Shown in pieces: positions 28,685 through 37,612 of a stretch of DNA of 60,056 nt; position 1 is the stretch's first letter; every line of letters starts with the position of its first letter. Position numbers and translations under genes: made by a program. The stretch lies in assembly GCA_964443295.1 (NCBI GenBank), contig CAYUCH010000003.1, positions 1 through 60,056 of the forward strand, given 5' to 3'. The notes below the pieces were generated by a model. The model had not been told where the DNA came from. It was given only the letters and a program-made list of their open reading frames with translations, and ran no database searches. The stretch comes from an uncultured Desulfobulbia bacterium (lineage in GTDB: Bacteria; Desulfobacterota; Desulfobulbia; Desulfobulbales; CG2-30-60-27).

Positions 28685-30460
28685 ATGGAACTGCATGAAC
28701 AACTCACAGAATTTTATCTCTCTCACTTGCCGGATAACGTCTGTGACCAGTCACACATCAAGAGCACATGCCCCTTTTGTGCAGGCAGAGGAAAAAAAGA
28801 ACCAGGCACCCTTATTGTTAATGTGAAAGCCGGGGATTTTTTCTGCGGGTATTTTCGCTGCCTTTCCCGCTGTGTAACTGGTGGATTTGCACCGAGATTT
28901 GCCAAACTCTTTGGCATTGACCGAAGCCTTGTGCCGGGCTACGACCCAGACCGAGAGCTCTATGTACAGGATATTGACTTTCCTTTACAGAATATCAACA
29001 ACGACATTCTTAAGTACCAGTCAAGCCTGACCAGTGAAATACTTACATATTTTTCTGGATTCGGCATTACCAAGCCCACATTAGAACAAATGAAAATCGG
29101 CTTTAACGGTCGTTACCTTGTTTTCCCGTATTTTCAGAGCAATGGTCGTTGTTATGCTGCCCATTGCATCCTGCCAGAAAAAAATCGAGACCATTTTTGG
29201 CATGGTGCACAGGAATTTACTGAAGGTCAATTTCGAACTTTTAATCTTGAAGATATTGACTTCTGTGAAGATGGAGCCCTCTTTGTTGTGGAAGGAGAAG
29301 AAAACCTCCTCTGCCTCAAGGAACTTGGCTATCCAGGTATCGCTGTCCCCCAGGCCGCCGACCTGGCCTCACTGGATCCAGCTCGCTTTCAGTTTATCAA
29401 AAATATCTTTCTGGTCGTTGATAATGCACCGGAATCTGATGCCGCTGCCAGGGCTTTTGCTGGCATTATGGGATTTAAAGTCCGCTTGCTTCGCTGGCCT
29501 GCTACAGCTAAGTCCAATTACAATCTCGTTGAACTCGCCAGAGACAGTAAGGAAAATTTCTCAACTGAAGTTGAGCAACTCATAACAGACTCCAAGGCAT
29601 TTTCCCCTTTCGCGACTCCAAAACGAGAATACCATGTTTTTCTGGACAATCTTGAGGCACAATTGGGGACGAGCTACCAGTCCCTCAAAAGCGGACTCCC
29701 ACACCTTGACAAGGCCTTAAACGGAATCCATGGAATCAATATCATCGGTGGACCTCCAAAAGCTGGAAAATCCTGTTTTGCCATTCAATTGGCTACAGAA
29801 ATGTCACGAAACAATGTACCGGTAATTTATTATGATTTTGAAAATGGCCGACAAAAAATCTATCAACGCACCTTAGCCAGGTTAAGCCGCCTTGCTGTAT
29901 CGCAACTCACCCAACCGCAAGATGGCGAAAATAAAAGCCGGTTTCAATCTGCCCAGGACCAGTTACGCACGATGATGCACTCTTTCAGGGTGGTGAATGA
30001 CCGCCAGTTAAATCCCGAAATTATGCGTCGTCATATTGATTTCCTGCGCCATGAAACCCAAAGGGAACATACCGTTGTTGTGGTTGACTCGGTACACAAA
30101 CTACCGTTTAAAGATTTTTCCGAACGCCGCACCGGCATTGACGCCTGGCTGCGAGAGATGGAGTCCATCCGCGATGAACTCAAGGTATCATTTCTGGTAA
30201 TATCAGAGTTGGATCGACAGGAGCACGGACGCTATGATGGTACACCCCACATGGGTGCCTTCAAAGGCTCTGGCGATATAGAATACACTGCAGATAATGC
30301 CATGGTTTTACTGCCGGATTGGAATCCTATGAATACAGATGAACAAAGTGGGGAGAAAATAAATTCTCTCTGGCTTGTAGCAAGCCGTGAAAACAGCCCT
30401 GGACTTATATCCCGTTACAGGCTTGATTATCCCTATTGGGGTTTTACAGAAATCAACTAA
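28685..30460 (+). CDS. Zn-binding/TOPRIM/SF4 (DnaB-like) helicase fusion, T7 gp4/Twinkle architecture
   Basis: CPFC..CLSRC, VVEGEEN TOPRIM motif, Walker A GGPPKAGKS, Walker B VVVVD, GSGDIEYTAD H4 motif. Confidence 0.8.
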   Translation: MELHEQLTEFYLSHLPDNVCDQSHIKSTCPFCAGRGKKEPGTLIVNVKAGDFFCGYFRCLSRCVTGGFAPRFAKLFGIDRSLVPGYDPDRELYVQDIDFPLQNINNDILKYQSSLTSEILTYFSGFGITKPTLEQMKIGFNGRYLVFPYFQSNGRCYAAHCILPEKNRDHFWHGAQEFTEGQFRTFNLEDIDFCEDGALFVVEGEENLLCLKELGYPGIAVPQAADLASLDPARFQFIKNIFLVVDNAPESDAAARAFAGIMGFKVRLLRWPATAKSNYNLVELARDSKENFSTEVEQLITDSKAFSPFATPKREYHVFLDNLEAQLGTSYQSLKSGLPHLDKALNGIHGINIIGGPPKAGKSCFAIQLATEMSRNNVPVIYYDFENGRQKIYQRTLARLSRLAVSQLTQPQDGENKSRFQSAQDQLRTMMHSFRVVNDRQLNPEIMRRHIDFLRHETQREHTVVVVDSVHKLPFKDFSERRTGIDAWLREMESIRDELKVSFLVISELDRQEHGRYDGTPHMGAFKGSGDIEYTADNAMVLLPDWNPMNTDEQSGEKINSLWLVASRENSPGLISRYRLDYPYWGFTEIN

Positions 30461-31653
30461 GCATGGAGACCTTTATCAGTATACGCAAAAACCTGTAACT
30501 GATTCCGGCCATTACGTTTTGCTTTATAGAGAGCTTCATCTGCCGATTCTCTCAACATGCAACACATTTTGGCAACAGGCTCTTCCAGATCGGCCATATC
30601 CTGGCAGGAAATTCCCGTTAGTTTCTCCACGGATATATCCTTCCAGCCATAATCAATTTCACAGATTCCACCGCTAAGATAAATGGGTATTCGCTGTGGA
30701 TCTATACTCTTACCTTCACTGTTTTTTGTGACCATGACTCCGCGTTCAATTGCCTCCCGGCAAATGAGCTGAGCCTTTCGCAATGCAACATCCTTATCAG
30801 CCCCAATGAGAAACAAAGCAAATTCATCTCCTCCCATGCGAACAGGAGAATCTATACCGGCACGACAATTTTTCTGAATAATTTCAGCAAGTTTTTGCAG
30901 GGCAACATCACCTACTGAATGTCCATAGGAGTCATTGACGATTTTAAAAAGATCGATATCCAGAAGAACCAACGTAAAGGGGTACTTTCCTTTATTCTCC
31001 AAAAATGTCTTCACTACTCGGGGTAATTCCTGATCAAAAAAACGACGGTTAAAAATCCCTGTTAGTTTATCAAGAATTGCCTTTGCCTCTAAATCAAGGA
31101 GGTTTCCGACGATGCTCTCGACACGTTCCTGGTTTTGTTGAACATTTTTACTAATTTCTGCAAATCCCTGTTCAACTGCCTTGAGGATATCCTCCTTGCT
31201 TCTGGCGGAATTTATAGCAAGAAGAGTTTCTTCCTTAGATTTGTTGATAATATTAGGAGTGTCTGAGAGGGTAAGAGCCTTCCGGAGCTTATCAATATTT
31301 TTATTTACCGACTCAAGGAGCTGGGTGGCGAATTTCCTCTCCTCATTGATGGCATGGATAGTGGCATTTCTTTTAATCTGCTGGATTTCATGCAGGAAGT
31401 CGGCGCCGAAGCCTTCGTATTTTTGCGGCTTCTTGACCGTATCAATTAAGTCGAGATACTCATCAAATAGAGTTTTGATCACCTCTTTATCATCTGCAGC
31501 GAAACAGGTGTCATACTCAAGGTGTTTCATGAAATGAGCGAGATAGAGCCAGACGGAATCGTGGGGCAGACCGCGCTTTTTAAAGCTGGCACAAACATCA
31601 TTACAGGCAAACATTGCAGAATCAACGACCAGTGATTCCTTCTTACGTGCCAT
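30457..31653 (-). CDS. Cytoplasmic diguanylate cyclase
   Basis: DKLTGIFNRR, DIDLFK.VNDSYGH..GD, RMGGDEF. Confidence 0.93.
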   Translation of the reverse strand: MARKKESLVVDSAMFACNDVCASFKKRGLPHDSVWLYLAHFMKHLEYDTCFAADDKEVIKTLFDEYLDLIDTVKKPQKYEGFGADFLHEIQQIKRNATIHAINEERKFATQLLESVNKNIDKLRKALTLSDTPNIINKSKEETLLAINSARSKEDILKAVEQGFAEISKNVQQNQERVESIVGNLLDLEAKAILDKLTGIFNRRFFDQELPRVVKTFLENKGKYPFTLVLLDIDLFKIVNDSYGHSVGDVALQKLAEIIQKNCRAGIDSPVRMGGDEFALFLIGADKDVALRKAQLICREAIERGVMVTKNSEGKSIDPQRIPIYLSGGICEIDYGWKDISVEKLTGISCQDMADLEEPVAKMCCMLRESADEALYKAKRNGRNQLQVFAYTDKGLHA

Positions 31654-31672
31654 AAATTTTCCCTGTAGTTTG

Positions 31673-31960
31673 CTAGATTACCCTTGGAACAACAAATGCC
31701 TCAGCATTTTGCTGGGGCCCATTGGCCAAGGCATCCTCTTGTGACAAAGATTCTTTCACTTCGTCAGCCCGAAATGCATTATTGATGGAGAGTGTATGGG
31801 TTGTTGGAGCCACTTCTGTGGTGTCCAATTCATTCAATTTTTCAATGTAGCCCAAAATACGATCCAGTTGCCCGGCCATAGTTTCTACTTCTTGAGGGCT
31901 GAGTTCCAGTTTTGCCAGGGCGGCGACATAGCCCACTTCATCAGGTGTTATAGACATCAT
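31673..31960 (-). CDS. gatC: Asp/Glu-tRNA amidotransferase subunit C
   Basis: VAALAKLEL, LNELDT..V.PT, FVVPRVI. Confidence 0.95.
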   Translation of the reverse strand: MMSITPDEVGYVAALAKLELSPQEVETMAGQLDRILGYIEKLNELDTTEVAPTTHTLSINNAFRADEVKESLSQEDALANGPQQNAEAFVVPRVI

Positions 31961-32093
31961 ACATTCCAAAAACGATAGCTAATTTAATAATGGCGGACGA
32001 ATTCCACATTGAATATAAGGTACCAAAAAAATTATGACCGGGAAACAGAGTAATGCTACAGAAACCACCAATAATGATTTTAAATGAAGTTTT

Positions 32094-33146
32094 TTAATTT
32101 TTACCAGGCAATACCCCTGCCAGTACCTCAACCAGATCAGGATCGAATTGCGTTCCTGCACAACGCCTTAACTCTGCCAAGGCACCATCTCTGGACAGGT
32201 TCACACGATAACTACGCATGGAGGTCATGGCATCAAAACTGTCTGCCACGGTAATAATCCTTGTGAGAATATCGAGTTCAGCCCCCGGCATGCCATCTGG
32301 ATAGCCAGTGCCATCCATTCGCTCATGATGGTGTAAAACTATATCAATATCACCTTCGCGATCCAAGAAGAGCAGTGGCTTAATAATATTTGCCCCAACG
32401 GCTGGATGTTTCTTAATAAGAATCCACTCTTCTTTGTCCAAAGGACCGGGCTTTTGGATACAAGAATTGTCCAAAACCAATTTGCCGATATCATGAAGTT
32501 GGCTGGCTCTTTCCAGGACAACCATATCTGCATTGGGAAGGTTCAAAGCTTGGCCAATCCACTGGGCATACCTGGTAACCCTTAAAGTATGGCCGGCAGT
32601 ATACTGGTCCTTTTCCTCCATAGCAGTCTGCAAGGTTAAAATGGTGGAAAGTGCAGATTCCTCAAGTTGATGGCTATAATCCTCGAGAAGAACGTTCTTC
32701 TCGGCAAGCTCTTTCGTCTTTGCTTGAATTTCAGATTCCAGGTTAGCCTTGCATGCTTTTTCCCGACGCACATACATCCGTTTTTCGATGGCCCGTTTGA
32801 TCTTAACATCAAACATATCGAGGTCTTCAATGGGCTTGGGGATAAAGTCATACGCTCCTAGGTTTATGGCCTTTACGGCATATTCCATGGAGCCCGCTCC
32901 GGTGAGAAAGAGAACAGGAATGCCAAGTTTTTTTTCATTGATTGCCGTCATGGTTTCAAAGCCATCCATGCCAGGCATATTTATATCGAGAATTATTACG
33001 TCCAGGTCATCTTCGATAACTTCAAGGGCTTCAGGACCACTGGAAGTTGAAATTACGGTATGACCGAAGAGCTCCAGTATCTTTTCAACCGCTTCACGTA
33101 CCAGAGCGTCATCGTCAGTGATAAGTATTTTTGATGGACTTGCCAT
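32094..33146 (-). CDS. Response regulator with HD-GYP phosphodiesterase domain
   Basis: REC (LDINMPGMDG), LHDIGK, HHERMDGTGYP. Confidence 0.95.
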   Translation of the reverse strand: MASPSKILITDDDALVREAVEKILELFGHTVISTSSGPEALEVIEDDLDVIILDINMPGMDGFETMTAINEKKLGIPVLFLTGAGSMEYAVKAINLGAYDFIPKPIEDLDMFDVKIKRAIEKRMYVRREKACKANLESEIQAKTKELAEKNVLLEDYSHQLEESALSTILTLQTAMEEKDQYTAGHTLRVTRYAQWIGQALNLPNADMVVLERASQLHDIGKLVLDNSCIQKPGPLDKEEWILIKKHPAVGANIIKPLLFLDREGDIDIVLHHHERMDGTGYPDGMPGAELDILTRIITVADSFDAMTSMRSYRVNLSRDGALAELRRCAGTQFDPDLVEVLAGVLPGKN

Positions 33147-33276
33147 TGGATCTTGATTCCATTGCCGGAAGTATAACGTGCAGATTGTGAGTACAGGGAA
33201 ACAATAATTGTTGCCTTACACCCTGTAACGATAAGCATCCCAGCATAAATTTTCTCAATTATATAAAAAGCTTATT

Positions 33277-34320
33277 CTACAGTTTCCAGTATTTTTTTGC
33301 AATGCTTCGTGTTTGTTCCATGGGCATTAAAGATGGTGAGGCTTCTTCTAGAGTGGTAATTTCGTCAGGCTGCAACACACTCCTCCCGGCAAGCTCTGCA
33401 AGCACGGCAAGCACGCCATCCCTTAAGCCGGAGAGGTTGTATCCACCTTCCAAGAGGAGAAACAATCTCCCCTGGCAAATTTCCTCGGCCATGGTAAGGA
33501 GCTGCCTGGTCAGGAACGCAAAACCAGTAGCTGTCACCCCCATAGTACCCAATGGGTCGCCATGATATATATCAAAGCCTGCTGAGACCAAAATCAAGTC
33601 TGGTTTATACTGTTTGGCAATGGGGTAAAGTAATTCTCGAAAAATACAGGCATATGCGCGATCATCCTGCCCCCCGGGCAATGGGACGTTTATGGTATAC
33701 CCTTCCCCGACTCCTCGGCCTACTTCATGTATACCACCAGTCCCAGGGAAATAGGGATATTGGTGGGTAGAAAAATAAAGAACCTGGTCTGTGTCATAGA
33801 ATGAGTGTTGAGTTCCATTTCCATGATGCAGATCCCAATCGATAAGCAAAACCCGTTCAGCTCCCAATTCATTCAAAGCAAACTGGGCACCAATGGCAAC
33901 GTTGTTAAAAAGACAGAAACCACTCGTGTGGTCTGCCTCTGCATGATGTCCTGGCGGCCGTACAAGGGCAAGACCATTGGCAGCCTCGCCATTCATCACC
34001 ATTTTGACACCATCCACAGCAGCGCCGGCTGCCAGACAGGCTGCTTCGTAGGAAAAGGGTGAGGCGGTGGTGTCCGGATCCAGCACAGAATAATTTTGCC
34101 CTTCGGTATCTGCCACCCTCTGTACATGGGAAGATGTATGGATAAGCTCCAAAATATCATGGGAGGCGGGAGTAACATCAGGAAAAACCAGCCCCTCCTG
34201 GTTTTCTGGCCGATCAAGCTGTTCATAGATAACAGCCAAACGCTCAGGAGACTCAGGATGGCCGGGGCCGGGATCGTGCTTCAAATAGGTATCATGACAA
34301 AAAACAGCTGTTTCACTCAT
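33277..34320 (-). CDS. Histone deacetylase-family Zn hydrolase
   Basis: HPESPERL, RPPGHHA, GFCLFNN, DWDLHHGNGT, LEGGY. Confidence 0.96.
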   Translation of the reverse strand: MSETAVFCHDTYLKHDPGPGHPESPERLAVIYEQLDRPENQEGLVFPDVTPASHDILELIHTSSHVQRVADTEGQNYSVLDPDTTASPFSYEAACLAAGAAVDGVKMVMNGEAANGLALVRPPGHHAEADHTSGFCLFNNVAIGAQFALNELGAERVLLIDWDLHHGNGTQHSFYDTDQVLYFSTHQYPYFPGTGGIHEVGRGVGEGYTINVPLPGGQDDRAYACIFRELLYPIAKQYKPDLILVSAGFDIYHGDPLGTMGVTATGFAFLTRQLLTMAEEICQGRLFLLLEGGYNLSGLRDGVLAVLAELAGRSVLQPDEITTLEEASPSLMPMEQTRSIAKKYWKL

Positions 34321-34358
34321 ATTTATCTCTCCTTAAATATCTCCGCTTGCCTCCGCAA

Positions 34359-35252
34359 TCATGGTGTCGACATTGAGTGGCCGACCTTCTCAACAGCCGG
34401 TCTATCAACAACGGCAGCCTTAATCCGACCAATTACATGGCCGGGTAAAGCCAAGGTGAACTGGGCAGCAAATTGTATCCAGGGCTCAATATTAATCCAT
34501 CGCAAACCTTCACCGGCAACGTAGGTGGCATAGGCGGGATACAATATCTTATAGGCCTCTTTCTCTTTTTCCACAAGATTCTCTTCCACAGCATATGATA
34601 TGGCATCGTTTGAGGCCACAGCCTCTTGATACAATGGTGTTAATGGAAGAATACGTAAAAAAGAATACCACCCTTTCCAATGCCGATTCCGTTTTTCGGC
34701 AAAATCCTTGGCATGGCCACCTTCATGGAGAGCAATGGCCGGGACGTCTGAATAGAGGTTTATGGTATTGGTATACGGATTGTAATTATCTCCCCCGAAT
34801 AAGCGCCCGGGCAAAATAGTATAGAGAGAGGTGGAGATGGCACCCAAGGTGTAACGAAAGAAAGCAGGCATCTCACGATTTCTGATCAAACGACGCCATT
34901 CTGCCCCGGGTGCATATTGATTGAGTCGAACCTTCACATTACCAAGATCATTGGCAGCAAGATACTTTGCCAGAACATCCTCGGTGTCCTGCTCGATTGC
35001 ATGATTATCAACCTGCCAATTCCATAGAATGAACTTGGAGGGTAGAGAGAAAAAATAATGGCCCAGTCCATCAAGCCAACCAACAGGCTGACCACGTTCA
35101 ACCTGGGACTCATTGGCCTGTAACCTTAATGTTAGAGGAGTATCAAGATCACGTCCATATTCATAGGGGACAGTGGCACAACCAGAAGCACAGACAACGA
35201 TTACAAGCAGCAATACACCAAAACAATACCGGCTGGCATGGAACATGCTCAT
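34359..35252 (-). CDS. Hypothetical lipoprotein with HExxH motif
   Basis: Lipobox ASGC; ALHEGGHAKD followed later by YQEAVA. Confidence 0.6.
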   Translation of the reverse strand: MSMFHASRYCFGVLLLVIVVCASGCATVPYEYGRDLDTPLTLRLQANESQVERGQPVGWLDGLGHYFFSLPSKFILWNWQVDNHAIEQDTEDVLAKYLAANDLGNVKVRLNQYAPGAEWRRLIRNREMPAFFRYTLGAISTSLYTILPGRLFGGDNYNPYTNTINLYSDVPAIALHEGGHAKDFAEKRNRHWKGWYSFLRILPLTPLYQEAVASNDAISYAVEENLVEKEKEAYKILYPAYATYVAGEGLRWINIEPWIQFAAQFTLALPGHVIGRIKAAVVDRPAVEKVGHSMSTP

Positions 35253-35306
35253 GCTCCTCTTGCATTAATTACGATGATACGAACATTACCTGAACAATTC
35301 CTCGTA

Positions 35307-35792
35307 TTATAGCCTACCCAACAGACCTGCCAAGTCAATTTCACCAGTATAATCAAACGACAGGTTGTCCCGTCCCATGGCTTGCAGCTTACCATATACT
35401 CTGTACGGCAGGATTGTTGAAGCGCCCTGCATTTGCAATCGATTCAGCTGCCGCACAAGAGCGAGAGTGGTACTGACTGCTTCCAACTCCAAAATCCCAC
35501 TTTCCTTGGCCGATATCTTTACTTGTTCATTGGACACTCCATGGGCAAAGGCCTGCCCGTGGAGATCCAAATTTACCTGTAATCCTTTAATTGGAATTGC
35601 AAATGAATTTGGATTGTGAATGCGCAACTCCACAAAAAATCGTTGCTCAAAAAGAGTCGCCTTGTGCAGTCTAACATCGACTAAGGTTACCTGAGGAGGC
35701 TCCACCGGGCGGAAAAGCATGGCGCACCCTGTGAGGCTGAGTATCAACAGGAGCCCCAATAGCCTTTGTAATAGCCTGCCACTCAACAACAA
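35307..35792 (-). CDS. LEA type 2 (WHy domain) lipoprotein
   Basis: Lipobox LTGC, LRIHNPNSFAIP; TTG start approximate, just after the ettA stop. Confidence 0.85.
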   Translation of the reverse strand: MLLSGRLLQRLLGLLLILSLTGCAMLFRPVEPPQVTLVDVRLHKATLFEQRFFVELRIHNPNSFAIPIKGLQVNLDLHGQAFAHGVSNEQVKISAKESGILELEAVSTTLALVRQLNRLQMQGASTILPYRVYGKLQAMGRDNLSFDYTGEIDLAGLLGRL

Positions 35793-35793
35793 A

Positions 35794-37479
35794 CTAATCC
35801 CTGGTGAGGTGTCGATATTTGATGCGATGGGGCCGTTCCGCCTCAGCACCAAGTCGTTGACGCCGGTCTTCTTCATATTCGGAATAATTTCCATCAAAAT
35901 ACACGACCTTCGAATCCCCTTCAAAGGCAAGAATATGGGTGGCAAGTCGATCCAGGAACCAACGGTCATGGCTAATTACCACAGCGCACCCAGCGAAATT
36001 TTCCAAGGCTTCTTCAAGGGCTCGCAACGTATTTACATCAAGATCATTGGTGGGCTCATCCAGCAAAAGAACATTGGCACCTTCCTTAAGCATCCGGGCC
36101 AAATGCACTCTATTGCGTTGACCACCTGAAAGATTACCCACCTTTACCTGTTGATCCTGCCCTGAAAAATTGAACCTGCCCACATAAGCGCGGGAGTTGA
36201 CTTCACGTTGCCCCAGCTGAATGGTATCCAGGCCATCTGAAATGGTTTCCCAAATAGTTTTCTCCGGATCCAGGGAATCGCGACTTTGGTCCACATAGGC
36301 AAGTTTAACAGTATCGCCAATCCGGATAGATCCTCCATTGGGTGTATCTTGGCCGGTAATCATCCTGAACAAAGTTGTCTTGCCGGCGCCGTTAGGACCA
36401 ATAACCCCGACGATCCCGCCCGGTGGCAATGAAAATGTCATATCATCCACCAGAATACGGTCATCAAACCCCTTGCGCACTCCATCTGTCTCGATCACCA
36501 CATCACCCAACCGTGGCCCGGGGGGGATAAAAATTTCAAGATCCTTGGCATGCTTTTCACTATCTTCCGCCAGGAGTTTTTCATAGGCGGTGATTCGTGC
36601 CTTTGATTTGGCATGCTTTGCCTTGGGTGTCATACGGATCCAATCCAGCTCACGGGCCAGGGTCTTTTGACGTTCGCTTTCCTGTTTTTCTTCATGATGC
36701 AGCCGTTTTTTCTTCTGCTCAAGCCAGGATGAATAATTCCCCTTCCACGGAATACCACGCCCCCGATCCAGTTCAAGAATCCAGCCTGCCACATTATCGA
36801 GAAAATAACGATCATGGGTGACGGCAATGACGGTACCCCCATATCTCTGCAAATGATGCTCTAACCAGGCTACTGTTTCCGCATCCAAGTGGTTGGTGGG
36901 CTCATCAAGGAGAAGAATATCAGGCTTACGAAGAAGGAGGCGACACAGGGCAACCCGGCGTCGTTCACCACCGGAAAGGACATTGACCATGGTATCTTCA
37001 GGTGGACATCGTAGAGCATCCATGGCCATATCAAGACGTGAATCCAAATCCCAGGCATCAAGGGCGTCAAGCTTGGCTTGCACCTTGCCCTGTTTCTCAA
37101 TGAGGGCATTCATGGCATCGTCATCCATGGGTTCTGCGAATGCATTGTTGATCTGGTCGAATTCGGCCAGCAGGTCCACAGTCTCCTGTACACCTTCCTC
37201 CACCACTTGCCGCACTGTTTTGTCACTATCGACCAAAGGTTCCTGCTCAAGCATCCCAATGGTATATCCAGGTGAGAGGTGAATTTCACCATTGAATTCC
37301 TTGTCTACACCAGCCAAAATATTCAGCAAGGAACTCTTACCCGAGCCGTTCAAGCCCAATACGCCGATTTTTGCGCCATAAAAATAAGAAAGGCTGATGT
37401 CCTGTAACACTTGCTTTTTATTAAAAAACTTGCTCACCTTAAGCATCGAATAAATGATCTTATTAGGCTCGTCACTCAT
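35794..37479 (-). CDS. ettA: Energy-dependent translational throttle EttA (ABC-F)
   Basis: Two ABC domains, ISLSYFYGAKIGVLG, GIPWKGNYSSWLEQK. Confidence 0.96.
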   Translation of the reverse strand: MSDEPNKIIYSMLKVSKFFNKKQVLQDISLSYFYGAKIGVLGLNGSGKSSLLNILAGVDKEFNGEIHLSPGYTIGMLEQEPLVDSDKTVRQVVEEGVQETVDLLAEFDQINNAFAEPMDDDAMNALIEKQGKVQAKLDALDAWDLDSRLDMAMDALRCPPEDTMVNVLSGGERRRVALCRLLLRKPDILLLDEPTNHLDAETVAWLEHHLQRYGGTVIAVTHDRYFLDNVAGWILELDRGRGIPWKGNYSSWLEQKKKRLHHEEKQESERQKTLARELDWIRMTPKAKHAKSKARITAYEKLLAEDSEKHAKDLEIFIPPGPRLGDVVIETDGVRKGFDDRILVDDMTFSLPPGGIVGVIGPNGAGKTTLFRMITGQDTPNGGSIRIGDTVKLAYVDQSRDSLDPEKTIWETISDGLDTIQLGQREVNSRAYVGRFNFSGQDQQVKVGNLSGGQRNRVHLARMLKEGANVLLLDEPTNDLDVNTLRALEEALENFAGCAVVISHDRWFLDRLATHILAFEGDSKVVYFDGNYSEYEEDRRQRLGAEAERPHRIKYRHLTRD

Positions 37480-37612
37480 GATCTTCCCTCAAAATAATGT
37501 TGTATGAAAACTCTTCTGGGACGAACATATCATACCCTTTTTTGCTCGCCAAATAAAAACAGGCCCACGCTTTTGCGAGGACCTGTTTAAAATATTATAG
37601 ACATACTTAAAA

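Noticed and set aside
28685..30460. Prophage or plasmid remnant around the primase-helicase
   Set aside because: No integrase, structural genes or att-like repeats seen in the flanks
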